Shown: positions 55,632 to 64,000 of the stretch, piece by piece
Position numbering within the stretch: position 1 is the stretch's first letter
Layout of the letters: the number at the start of each line of letters is the position of its first letter
Origin: an uncultured virus (IMG/VR IMGVR_UViG_3300042453_001749)
Taxonomy: Duplodnaviria; Heunggongvirae; Uroviricota; Caudoviricetes
Strand: one strand, 5' to 3'
DNA length: 64,000 nt
Virus record (IMG/VR): IMGVR_UViG_3300042453_001749
The notes under the pieces: generated by a model
Told to the model about the DNA's origin: nothing
The model's database searches: none
What the model saw: the letters and a program-made list of their open reading frames with translations, nothing else
Program-made: the position numbers and the translations under genes

Positions 55632-56668
55632 AAGTGGCTATAATTAGTGACCAGCACTTCGGGTGTCGTAAAAACTCAAAGTTATTTCATGATTACTTTT
55701 TGAAGTTTTATAATGATGTTTTTTTCCCAACGCTTGAAAGTGAGGGAATTACAACAGTAATTGATATGGGAGATACCTTTGATTCTAGAAAAGGTATTGA
55801 TTTCTCTGCACTCTCCTGGGCAAAAAATCATTATTATGATCGTCTCAAAAGTATGGGATGTAGTGTAATTACAGTTGTTGGAAACCATACAGCATACTAT
55901 AAAAATACTAATGATGTTAACGCTGTAGATTTGCTTTTAAGGGAATATTCAAATGTTCGTGTTGTCTCAGACCCAGAAGAATTGAACATTCACGGATTGA
56001 AGATTTTGTTTATTCCTTGGATCAATGATCAAAATAAAGAAAAGTCATTTAAAATGATTCAAAAAAGCAACTGTAAAGTTGCTATGGGTCATTTGGAATT
56101 GAATGGATTTTCTGCTTATCGTGGTCATGTAATGGATCATGGATATGATGGGGATATCTTTGCTAAGTATGAAAAGGTCTTCTCTGGACATTATCATACA
56201 CGTTCCAGTGATGGAAAGATATTTTATTTGGGAAATCCATATGAGATTTACTGGAATGATGTGAATGATACTCGTGGGTTTCATATTTTTGATACTGAAA
56301 CTTTGGATCATACTCCAGTAAATAACCCATATAAAATGTTTCATAACATTTATTATGAAGATACTCCACATCAAATGTTTGACGTTAGGGAGTATCAGAA
56401 TAAAATTGTTAAGATTATTGTAAGAAAAAAGTCAGATCAGAAAAAATTTGAAAAATTTGTCGATAAGCTGTATACTGCTAATGTAGCTGAACTAAAAGTT
56501 GTTGAAAATTTTCAGATTCAAGGATCTGAAGAATTTGAAGCATTTGAATCAGAAGATACGCTTTCTATTTTGAATAGATATATTCAGGAGTCTGAATCTA
56601 ACTTGGATAAGTCTTTTATCCAAAAGTTAATTTCTGAAATCTATCAAGAGGCGTGTGAATTGGTTTAA
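55628..56668 (+). CDS. g47: Recombination nuclease gp47 (Mre11/SbcD-like)
   Basis: SDQHFG, MGDTFD, VGNH and SGHYH metallophosphoesterase motifs. Confidence 0.95.
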   Translation: MKVAIISDQHFGCRKNSKLFHDYFLKFYNDVFFPTLESEGITTVIDMGDTFDSRKGIDFSALSWAKNHYYDRLKSMGCSVITVVGNHTAYYKNTNDVNAVDLLLREYSNVRVVSDPEELNIHGLKILFIPWINDQNKEKSFKMIQKSNCKVAMGHLELNGFSAYRGHVMDHGYDGDIFAKYEKVFSGHYHTRSSDGKIFYLGNPYEIYWNDVNDTRGFHIFDTETLDHTPVNNPYKMFHNIYYEDTPHQMFDVREYQNKIVKIIVRKKSDQKKFEKFVDKLYTANVAELKVVENFQIQGSEEFEAFESEDTLSILNRYIQESESNLDKSFIQKLISEIYQEACELV

Positions 56669-56670
56669 AA

Positions 56671-56931
56671 ATGTTCATACTAACAAAAGAAGGGTTTGAA
56701 GAAGAGGGCGCGTATTCAGTTTCTAATGAATATGGCGAGCAAATTCTTTACCTTTTTGAAGAGGAAGATGACGCACAAAGATATTCTTTAATGTTGGAAG
56801 ATAGAGGTTATTCTGATATGAACGTTGTTGAAATAGATGATGACCTCTTGTTAAAGGCATGTGACCTTCATGATTACAAATATACTATAATTACACCTAA
56901 CGACATTGTGATTCCTCCAGAAGATCTTTAA
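56671..56931 (+). CDS. Small acidic hypothetical protein
   Basis: 86 aa; LFEEEDDAQRY; lies between g47 and g46. Confidence 0.8.
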   Translation: MFILTKEGFEEEGAYSVSNEYGEQILYLFEEEDDAQRYSLMLEDRGYSDMNVVEIDDDLLLKACDLHDYKYTIITPNDIVIPPEDL

Positions 56932-56932
56932 T

Positions 56933-58642
56933 ATGATTTTATTTCAAAAAATTCGCTGGAAAAATTTTCTATCCACTGGAAATCAATTTACCGAAATTAA
57001 TTTTACGAACAACTCAACCAATTTAATTGTTGGTACAAATGGTGCTGGAAAATCAACAGTTCTTGATGCACTTACGTTTTCTTTGTTTGGAAAACCATTT
57101 CGCAAAATTAATAAACCACAATTAGTCAATACTGTAAATGAAAAAGACTGTAAGGTTGAAGTAGAGTTTTCTATTGGTACGACAGAATGGAAAGTTGTTC
57201 GTGGAATTAAACCAGCAGTATTTGAAATTTATCGAAATGGATCTGCTCTAGATCAAAGTTCTGCTGCTCTGGATCAGCAGAAATGGTTGGAACAAAATGT
57301 TTTGAAAATGAATTATAAGTCTTTTACTCAGATTGTAATTCTAGGTTCAAGTACTTTTGTTCCATTTATGCAACTTCCAGCTGCTCACAGAAGAGAAGTT
57401 ATTGAGGATCTTTTGGATATTAAGATCTTTTCTTCGATGAATCTCATTATCAAAGATAAGATTCGTCAGTCCAAGGAAGAAATTAAAACTCTTGAATTGA
57501 AAAAGGAATCTCTTCAAGAAAAGATTAATATGCAAAAAAACTTCATTGAAGAATTGGAGAATCGTGGTAACGCAAATATAAATGCTAATAAGGAAAAAAT
57601 CACCAAGTTAGACGCTGAAGTTGGCGTCTATATGGAAGAAAACGCCAAGACTGAAGAAGAAATTTTTAAGTATACAAAGGAGCAAGAAGAAGTCGTTGGT
57701 GCTGGTGAAAAGTTAGTAAAGCTTAACAATCTTAAGGGTAAAATTTCTCAAAAAGTATCTTCTATTACCAAAGAACATAAGTTTTTCACAGAGAATACGG
57801 TCTGTCCTACCTGCACACAAACGATTGAAGAAGAGTTTCGGTTAAATAGAATTACAGACGCTCAAAATAAGGCAAAGGAACTCCAGAAAGGTTTTCAAGA
57901 ACTTGAGGAGACTATAAAGTTAGAACAGGAGAGAGAGCGTCAATTCACAGTTCTATCTAAGGAGATTACGAAACTCAATCATGAGATTTCTCAAAACAAT
58001 ACTCGGATTTCCCTCAACCAGAGACAAATACGAGACCTTGAATCTGAAATTCAAACTATTACCACTCAACTTGAAAACCGAAATACTGAACATGAGAAAC
58101 TAGAAATCTTCGGCACAGAACTAAAAACTACATACGACGTTCTCTCAGAGAAGAAAAATTTAATAAACTACTACGATTTCACTTATAGTTTGCTTAAGGA
58201 CGGGGGAGTAAAAACTAAAATCATCAAGAAGTATCTACCGCTGATAAATCAGCAAGTAAACCGTTATCTTCAGATGATGGATTTCTACATTAATTTTACT
58301 CTTGATGAGGAGTTTAACGAAACCGTCCAATCACCCATTCACGAAGATTTTTCCTATGCTTCTTTTAGTGAAGGAGAAAAAATGAGAATCGATCTTTCCC
58401 TTCTTTTTACTTGGAGGGAAGTTGCAAGATTCAAAAATTCAGTCAATACCAATCTATTGATCATGGATGAGGTATTCGATAGTTCTCTTGATGGATTTGG
58501 AACAGATGAGTTCTTAAAAATTATTCGTTACGTTATCAAGGACGCAAATATCTTTGTTATCTCTCACAAAGATGGTATGCAAGATAAGTTTGAAAATGTA
58601 ATCAAATTTGATAAAATTAAAGGATTTAGCAGAATGGTATGA
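56933..58642 (+). CDS. g46: Recombination ATPase gp46 (Rad50/SbcC-like)
   Basis: GTNGAGKST; CPTC zinc hook; FSEGEK; IMDEVFD. Confidence 0.96.
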   Translation: MILFQKIRWKNFLSTGNQFTEINFTNNSTNLIVGTNGAGKSTVLDALTFSLFGKPFRKINKPQLVNTVNEKDCKVEVEFSIGTTEWKVVRGIKPAVFEIYRNGSALDQSSAALDQQKWLEQNVLKMNYKSFTQIVILGSSTFVPFMQLPAAHRREVIEDLLDIKIFSSMNLIIKDKIRQSKEEIKTLELKKESLQEKINMQKNFIEELENRGNANINANKEKITKLDAEVGVYMEENAKTEEEIFKYTKEQEEVVGAGEKLVKLNNLKGKISQKVSSITKEHKFFTENTVCPTCTQTIEEEFRLNRITDAQNKAKELQKGFQELEETIKLEQERERQFTVLSKEITKLNHEISQNNTRISLNQRQIRDLESEIQTITTQLENRNTEHEKLEIFGTELKTTYDVLSEKKNLINYYDFTYSLLKDGGVKTKIIKKYLPLINQQVNRYLQMMDFYINFTLDEEFNETVQSPIHEDFSYASFSEGEKMRIDLSLLFTWREVARFKNSVNTNLLIMDEVFDSSLDGFGTDEFLKIIRYVIKDANIFVISHKDGMQDKFENVIKFDKIKGFSRMV

Positions 58643-59382
58643 AAGTTTTAATCACTGGACACAAGGGATTTATTGGTAAACACGTTTATGATGATTGGGT
58701 AGCAACTCATAATCATTGGGTGATGGGAATGGATTTCCCCTTTGATATTGGGAATTTTGATGGTGGAGATTATGATCTTGTAATTCATCTTGCTGCTTTT
58801 GCAGACATTAGGGATAGCCAAGAAAATCCAGAAAAATATTATGAAAATAATGTTCTTAAAACTAAGAAATTATTTGATTGGTGTAGGGAAACAAATACTC
58901 GTCTTTTGTATGCATCTTCAAGCACCGTAGAAGAGGACTATTGGACTAATCCATATGCGATGACGAAGTGGATTAATGAAGTGATGGCTCCACCAAATTC
59001 AGTTGGTATGAGATTTACTACAGTTTATGGTCCAGGTGGTCGTGGTAACATGATGTATGATTTACTTAAAGATGGTAAGGCAACGTATGTAACCAATCAT
59101 AAAAGAGATTGGATTCATGTAAAAGATGTTTGTCGCGCTATCAGATATCTTGCAGCAAGTGATGTAACTGGACCTGTTCCTGTTGGTACTGGGAAGTCGG
59201 TAAAGGTTTCTGATTTAGCAGCGGCATTTGGTCAAGGGCATCTGCCAGTTAAGGAACTGACCCCTGGGGAAAGACAGGACAACGTTGCAGATGTTAAAAT
59301 ACTAACTAGTATTGGGTGGTTTCCCACCATCAACATTCTGGACACCATCGATGAACACTCCAAATTGGCAGCACCACTCTAA
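58639..59382 (+). CDS. NAD-dependent epimerase/dehydratase (extended SDR)
   Basis: TGHKGFIG, HLAA, YASS, YAMTK, RFTTVYG, RDWIHVKD. Confidence 0.9.
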   Translation: MKVLITGHKGFIGKHVYDDWVATHNHWVMGMDFPFDIGNFDGGDYDLVIHLAAFADIRDSQENPEKYYENNVLKTKKLFDWCRETNTRLLYASSSTVEEDYWTNPYAMTKWINEVMAPPNSVGMRFTTVYGPGGRGNMMYDLLKDGKATYVTNHKRDWIHVKDVCRAIRYLAASDVTGPVPVGTGKSVKVSDLAAAFGQGHLPVKELTPGERQDNVADVKILTSIGWFPTINILDTIDEHSKLAAPL

Positions 59383-59572
59383 GAAAGAACAGAAACGAAA
59401 ACTTAAACCGCAAGCACTGCGCCAAGCGAAAGCACGTCTGGCCCAGTTCAAGAAGCGTCACATGAACCGCTCCAATGGGGCGGTTTCGTCGTATTATACG
59501 TTCATACGAAATAAAACCAATGTCTGTTCGCCACGAAATCAAATCTCAACTTGCGAAACTCCTTGCAACTGA
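59351..59572 (+). CDS. Small basic hypothetical protein (start ATG59351)
   Basis: MNTPNWQHHSKKEQKRKLKPQALRQAKARL; its tail runs through the downstream promoter. Confidence 0.55.
   Translation: MNTPNWQHHSKKEQKRKLKPQALRQAKARLAQFKKRHMNRSNGAVSSYYTFIRNKTNVCSPRNQISTCETPCN
59439..59497 (+). promoter_or_regulatory. Palindrome-type early promoter 7 (degenerate)
   Basis: TGGCCCA-gttcaagaag-CGTCACA; TATTAT at 59492, same 29-nt gap. Confidence 0.55.
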
Positions 59573-61703
59573 AGATCTTGTAGTTGAGCATAAGAAGGTT
59601 TCTACTGCCTGTTTCAATGTCCATACTCGTGTGCTAACTCTTCCTCTGTGGGAAAAGGCAAGCAATACTGTTTATGATCTTCTGGTTGGGCATGAAGTTG
59701 GTCATGCACTTTTTACTCCTGATGAGGATTGGACTGAGACTGCTAAGATTCCTTCTCAGTTTGTGAATGTGGTTGAGGATGCTCGTGTCGAGAAGTTGAT
59801 GAAGCGCAAGTACATGGGACTTGCAAAAACTTTCTTTAATGGGTATCAAGAACTTAATGAAGATGATTTCTTTCAAATTGCAGATGAAGATATCTCCACT
59901 TTTAATCTTGCCGATAGGGCAAATCTTTACTTTAAAGTTGGTAACTTTGTAACTCTGGATTTTAATCCCGAAGAAAAAGAAATCATTGATTTGATTTCTT
60001 CATCGGAGACTTTTTCTGATGTTCTGATTGCTGCAGAGGAACTTTATAAGTATTGTAAAAAAGAACAGGAGCAACAGCAGAAAGTTGCTGACTTTGATTC
60101 TCATCAGCAAGAGGGTCAATCTGGTAGTCTTTCGGATCAAAATTCTGAACAGGAATCTGAGGATCAGGAGGAAGGTGAATCGGATTCTTCTCAACCAGAA
60201 CAATCTGATGAATCTGGATCTGCTCAAGGTGATCAAGTTAGTCAACAAATTCCTGATGTTGAATCTGATCCAGAGGTTCGTACTGCAGATTCTTTGGAGG
60301 ATAAGATTCGTGATCTTGTGAATCATGATGGATACGAAAACATTTATGTTGAAGTTCCTCAAGTTAATCTTGATACCGTAGTTGCTAAAAACGAAGAAGT
60401 TCATACTGAAATCAATTCTTCTTTTAAAGTGCAACAAGAACGTTGTGATCTAAACGCTGAACAGAATAATCACACTTCTAGTAATCTCTATAAGGATGTT
60501 GATTTGCAATTTAATTCTTTTAAATCTTCGGCACAGAAGGAGGTTAATTATCTTGTAAAAGAGTTTGAGTGTCGTAAAGCAGCAGACTCCTATGCTCGTG
60601 CGACTGTTGCTCGTACTGGTGTTCTTGATACTTCTCGTTTGCATTCTTATAAGTATAGTGAAGACCTTTTTAAAAAGGTTACTGTGATTCCTGACGGTAA
60701 GAATCATGGACTGGTTTTTATTTTGGATTGGTCTGGATCCATGCAAAACGTTCTCATCGATACTTGTAAGCAACTCTTCAATCTGGTTTGGTTCTGTAAG
60801 AAAGTCTCTATTCCTTTTGAGGTGTATGCTTTCACTAATGAGTGGCGTTCTCCCGTGTATGATTATCAAAATGATTCTTACACTCCTGCAGATCGCTCTT
60901 CTCATTACGAAAAGAAAAATGGACTTCTTTGCGTAGACGAAAGTTTTGCACTGATGAATATTCTTACCAGTAAAGTTTCTGGTAAAGAATTGGAAAATCA
61001 AATGCGTAACATTTGGCGTCTTGCATATTGCTTCAAAAACAATTACTATTGCTCGTACACTTATCCCAATCGTCTTTCTCTTTCAGGAACTCCCTTGAAT
61101 GAAGCACTTATTTCCCTTCATCAAATTCTTCCCAAGTTCCAGCGAGAAAATAAACTTCAAAAGGTGCAGTGCATCGTACTGACTGATGGAGAAGCATCTC
61201 ACATTCCATACCATTCCGAAGTGAAACGCGCATGGGAAGATGATATTCGTATTGGAACTCGTCATATCAATCCAGATCGCACTTTTCTTCGTGATCGGAA
61301 AATTGGCGCTACCTATAAATTTAATTATGGTTATCATGAATTTACTGATCTTCTTCTTAAAAATCTTAAGGATAAATTCCCTTCAGTAAACTTTATTGGT
61401 ATGCGTGTTCTTGAATCTCGTGAAGCACAACGCTTTATTGGTCTTTACCACAACGCATCCGATAAGCAGTATGAAGTAATCCAAAACGATTGGAAAAAAC
61501 TTCGTAGTTTTACGATCACTAATTCTGGATATGCGGCATACTTTGGACTTGCTGCTTCTGCACTCTCCCAAGATACTGAGTTTGAAGTTAGCAATCCTAT
61601 GACGGCAACGAAAGCACAAATTAAAAATGCTTTTGTTAAATCACTTAAAACTAAAAAACTGAATAAGAAAGTCCTTGGAGAGTTTATTGAACTGGTTGCC
61701 TGA
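59520..61703 (+). CDS. HExxH metallopeptidase-like + acidic linker + vWA protein (CobT-like; start ATG59520)
   Basis: GHEVGHAL; NVVEDARVE; ILDWSGSM (MIDAS); GTPLNE; LTDGE. Confidence 0.85.
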   Translation: MSVRHEIKSQLAKLLATEDLVVEHKKVSTACFNVHTRVLTLPLWEKASNTVYDLLVGHEVGHALFTPDEDWTETAKIPSQFVNVVEDARVEKLMKRKYMGLAKTFFNGYQELNEDDFFQIADEDISTFNLADRANLYFKVGNFVTLDFNPEEKEIIDLISSSETFSDVLIAAEELYKYCKKEQEQQQKVADFDSHQQEGQSGSLSDQNSEQESEDQEEGESDSSQPEQSDESGSAQGDQVSQQIPDVESDPEVRTADSLEDKIRDLVNHDGYENIYVEVPQVNLDTVVAKNEEVHTEINSSFKVQQERCDLNAEQNNHTSSNLYKDVDLQFNSFKSSAQKEVNYLVKEFECRKAADSYARATVARTGVLDTSRLHSYKYSEDLFKKVTVIPDGKNHGLVFILDWSGSMQNVLIDTCKQLFNLVWFCKKVSIPFEVYAFTNEWRSPVYDYQNDSYTPADRSSHYEKKNGLLCVDESFALMNILTSKVSGKELENQMRNIWRLAYCFKNNYYCSYTYPNRLSLSGTPLNEALISLHQILPKFQRENKLQKVQCIVLTDGEASHIPYHSEVKRAWEDDIRIGTRHINPDRTFLRDRKIGATYKFNYGYHEFTDLLLKNLKDKFPSVNFIGMRVLESREAQRFIGLYHNASDKQYEVIQNDWKKLRSFTITNSGYAAYFGLAASALSQDTEFEVSNPMTATKAQIKNAFVKSLKTKKLNKKVLGEFIELVA

Positions 61704-61710
61704 ATAAATA
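61703..61710 (+). promoter_or_regulatory. T4-type late promoter
   Basis: AATAAATA upstream of ORF 61734. Confidence 0.65.
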
Positions 61711-61733
61711 CCTGAAAAGGTTTTTTATCGATA

Positions 61734-62288
61734 ATGAAGACTTTTCAGGAATTCATGGTAGAATGTCATTCCATTCAAGAGACTTCTCTTACTCGTGTAA
61801 TGAGAAAGTCTGAAAAGGGTGGAATGGCGATTCTTTCAGGTCAAAGGGGCGATAAATCTAAAAAAGAAAACAAGGAAAGGTCCGCAAGAACTGAAAGAAG
61901 AATTAGAGGTGCTGGTCTTCCAGGACCTACTAAAGTATCTGGACGTTATACAGAAAATCCAGGAACACCACAAGAGAAAAAAGTGGGCGAAAAGTCTCAC
62001 GTAGTTTCTTCTGGTAAAATGGGTAAGAGAAAGTTCAAGAAAACTGTAGAGAAACTTGGAACCGAAGGTGGATTAAAGCATAAGCGTAATGTGAAAGGTT
62101 CATCCAAAGACGACCAAGATTCTGTGTTGATTCAACGTAAAGGTAAAGGAGAGGCAACTCTTAAAGGAACTTCAAAAACATCTTGGCCTGGTAAGGGTAA
62201 AAATGTTGGAGTTGGAAAAATGAAACCAGGAAGAACTGGTGAGTTTGATACAAAAGTCAAGAACAAAACATTTACTTATGAAAAATAA
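61734..62288 (+). CDS. Basic protein with a T4-like capsid-targeting N-terminus
   Basis: MKTFQEFMVE...IQE, then a Lys/Gly-rich body. Confidence 0.7.
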   Translation: MKTFQEFMVECHSIQETSLTRVMRKSEKGGMAILSGQRGDKSKKENKERSARTERRIRGAGLPGPTKVSGRYTENPGTPQEKKVGEKSHVVSSGKMGKRKFKKTVEKLGTEGGLKHKRNVKGSSKDDQDSVLIQRKGKGEATLKGTSKTSWPGKGKNVGVGKMKPGRTGEFDTKVKNKTFTYEK

Positions 62289-62463
62289 ATTTCCACTAGA
62301 ACATGTAGTCAAATACGATACCAAGGAAGTTTGGGTGAAGTGTGATAGCGCAATTACTGCAATGGGTGTTCCTGCTATGGTTGAAAAGTATTACCCTGGT
62401 TATAAAGGTCATTGTGGTAGCAAGGAGTATCTTGATACACTCCGAAACCAGTTTCAAAACTGA
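62278..62463 (+). CDS. Small hypothetical protein (start ATG62278)
   Basis: MKNKFPLEHVVKYDTKEVWVKCDSAITAMG...YYPGY. Confidence 0.7.
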   Translation: MKNKFPLEHVVKYDTKEVWVKCDSAITAMGVPAMVEKYYPGYKGHCGSKEYLDTLRNQFQN

Positions 62464-62502
62464 CCACTGGGGTTCCTAGCGACCCCGTTTTTCTTCTATA
62501 AT
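62444..62502 (+). promoter_or_regulatory. Palindrome-type early promoter 8
   Basis: GAAACCA-gtttcaaaac-TGACCAC; TATAAT at 62497, same 29-nt gap. Confidence 0.7.
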
Positions 62503-62530
62503 GACTACAGTTGAAACAAACCACTTCATT

Positions 62531-63658
62531 ATGTCCCGCATCAAAATGACCGACGATCAAATCATCAACGATCTGAAAAATACTTTCGGTAAGGAGTTTA
62601 CTGCTGCAGATGTTCGGGGTTATTGTGCATCGAAAAATCTTTCATATCCCACTGTAACTAAGCGTCTTGATCAATTTAAAGTTGGCCGCGGAAAGTGGAA
62701 CTTGGAAGTGACGCAACAAAAGGTTCAAGAAATTGAACGTTCTTTCCAAAGTGTATCTGTGCTGCCTGAAGTGCATCAAAATCTTATTCCTACTAAAGAT
62801 GATACCTTCGTCAAGTTTGGTAACTTTAACGATATTAAAAAAATTATTCAGTCCCGTCTTTTTTATCCTACGTTTGTTACGGGTCTGTCGGGTAACGGTA
62901 AAACGTTCTCTGTGGAGCAAGCGTGTGCTCAATTGGGTCGTGAGTTGATTCGTGTAAATATCACGATTGAGACTGATGAGGATGACCTGATTGGTGGTTT
63001 CCGTCTTGTGAATGGCGAAACCGCATGGCACAATGGTCCCGTTATTGAGGCACTGGAGCGTGGTGCAATTCTCCTGCTGGACGAGATTGACCTTGCTTCT
63101 AACAAGATTCTGTGTCTGCAATCTGTTCTGGAAGGTAAAGGTGTCTTCCTGAAGAAGATTGGACGTTTCGTTCAACCTGCCCCTGGTTTCAATGTGGTTG
63201 CTACTGCTAACACGAAAGGTAAGGGCAGCGATGATGGGCGCTTTATCGGCACCAACGTGCTCAATGAGGCGTTCCTGGAGCGTTTCCCTGTGACTCTGGA
63301 GCAGTCCTATCCTGCCCCTTCTGTGGAGCAGAAGATCCTTGAGGGCATCGCCCTGAACCTTGGTGTGGAGGATCGCAACTTCTGCAAGCGTCTGGTTGAT
63401 TGGGCAGACATTATTCGTAAGACTTTCTTTGATGGTGGTATTGAGGAAATCATTAGTACCCGTCGTCTGGTTCATATCATCCGCGCTTACAGCATTTTTA
63501 ACGATAAGGCAAAGGCAATTCAAGTGTGCGTCAATCGCTTTGATGATGAAACCAAGCAGGCATTCCTTGAACTGTATGATAAGGTTGATGCTGATTTCCA
63601 ACTCCCCACCAACAACATCCAAACCACTGGTCTCCTTGACGATCAACCTCCCTTTTGA
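62531..63658 (+). CDS. cobS: MoxR/CobS-like AAA+ ATPase (start probably ATG62531, because ATG62501 overlaps the -10 box)
   Basis: GLSGNGKT, LLLDEID, ATANTKG, NEAFLERF, ISTRRL. Confidence 0.9.
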   Translation: MSRIKMTDDQIINDLKNTFGKEFTAADVRGYCASKNLSYPTVTKRLDQFKVGRGKWNLEVTQQKVQEIERSFQSVSVLPEVHQNLIPTKDDTFVKFGNFNDIKKIIQSRLFYPTFVTGLSGNGKTFSVEQACAQLGRELIRVNITIETDEDDLIGGFRLVNGETAWHNGPVIEALERGAILLLDEIDLASNKILCLQSVLEGKGVFLKKIGRFVQPAPGFNVVATANTKGKGSDDGRFIGTNVLNEAFLERFPVTLEQSYPAPSVEQKILEGIALNLGVEDRNFCKRLVDWADIIRKTFFDGGIEEIISTRRLVHIIRAYSIFNDKAKAIQVCVNRFDDETKQAFLELYDKVDADFQLPTNNIQTTGLLDDQPPF

Positions 63659-63664
63659 TATAAT
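63636..63664 (+). promoter_or_regulatory. Sigma70-like promoter
   Basis: TTGACG-17 nt-TATAAT with an extended TG. Confidence 0.75.
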
Positions 63665-63698
63665 TGGGGAAGGTAAATTATGACCCTTCCCCTTTATT

Positions 63699-64000
63699 AT
63701 GGATGAGCATCTTTACGGAACAGAATATGTGTTCTCAATTAACTCAAACGATCAAATTACAATTGATAAAAAACAAGTACCTATGAGTGAAACTAAAAAC
63801 CATCTTTGGAAATACAACGAAGATAAAATTCTCAAGGATGTTGAAGATTATGTGACCAGCACTTACGGCAGCCACTATTGTGGACATAATCAAGATTACA
63901 AAGATATTCAAACTATTGACTTGATGGCGGCAAAAGATCTTGCGGTTGGTTTCTGTCAGTCAAATATTCTAAAGTATGGAAGTCGCTATGGTGATAAAGA
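63699..64000 (+). CDS. Partial CDS, DUF3310-like (HY...IQTID...FCQSNILKY.SRYG.K); start ATG63699 or 63783
   Basis: Open frame to the window end. Confidence 0.7.
   Translation, partial: MDEHLYGTEYVFSINSNDQITIDKKQVPMSETKNHLWKYNEDKILKDVEDYVTSTYGSHYCGHNQDYKDIQTIDLMAAKDLAVGFCQSNILKYGSRYGDK

Noticed and set aside
40632..58642. Introns or inteins in g17, g20, g23, uvsW, g47 and g46
   Set aside because: Frames are continuous, lengths look normal and no intein splice motifs were seen
62642..63646. 334-aa minus-strand ORF
   Set aside because: Shadow of the AAA ATPase gene; codon bias removes antisense stops
62531..63658. cobS as evidence of cobalamin biosynthesis
   Set aside because: The motifs show only a MoxR-type AAA+ ATPase; no other cobalamin genes in the window
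1..64000. Stop-codon reassignment, tRNA genes, DGR/retron reverse transcriptase, integrase
   Set aside because: The standard code gives intact genes with high coding density; no cloverleaf, YxDD RT or recombinase motif seen by eye (tRNAscan and HMM searches not run)

Overview
This window is part of a T4-like cyanophage (Kyanoviridae-type myovirus) genome, and essentially all credible genes are on the + strand. It has five parts. (1) 1-2290: tightly overlapped small hypothetical ORFs. (2) 2290-2950: a non-coding region with about 13 copies of an ATCTCG(A)CGAGAT-type palindrome and three sigma70-like promoters, two of them divergent. (3) 3480-8040: a visibly GC-richer array of early-type cassettes. 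Six promoters here share a 7-10-7 inverted repeat sitting 29-30 nt upstream of a -10 box. The cassettes carry acidic microproteins, a ligase-like KxDG protein, a PD-(D/E)xK-like nuclease and an orphan HicA-like protein. (4) 8.5-52.1 kb: a glycosyltransferase-like gene, then the virion module under (T/A)ATAAATA late promoters: g25, g6, a giant g7-like gene, g8, a VrlC-like gene, g13-g16, a modular polyprotein-like ORF, g17-g23 and g3. (5) 52.1-64 kb: uvsY, uvsW, g55, an HNH endonuclease, g47, g46, an NAD-dependent epimerase, a vWA/HExxH (CobT-like) plus AAA (CobS-like) pair, and a protein with a capsid-targeting-like N-terminus. I saw no tRNA, rRNA, CRISPR array, intron or intein. All family calls come from motif recognition by eye and memory, not from database searches.
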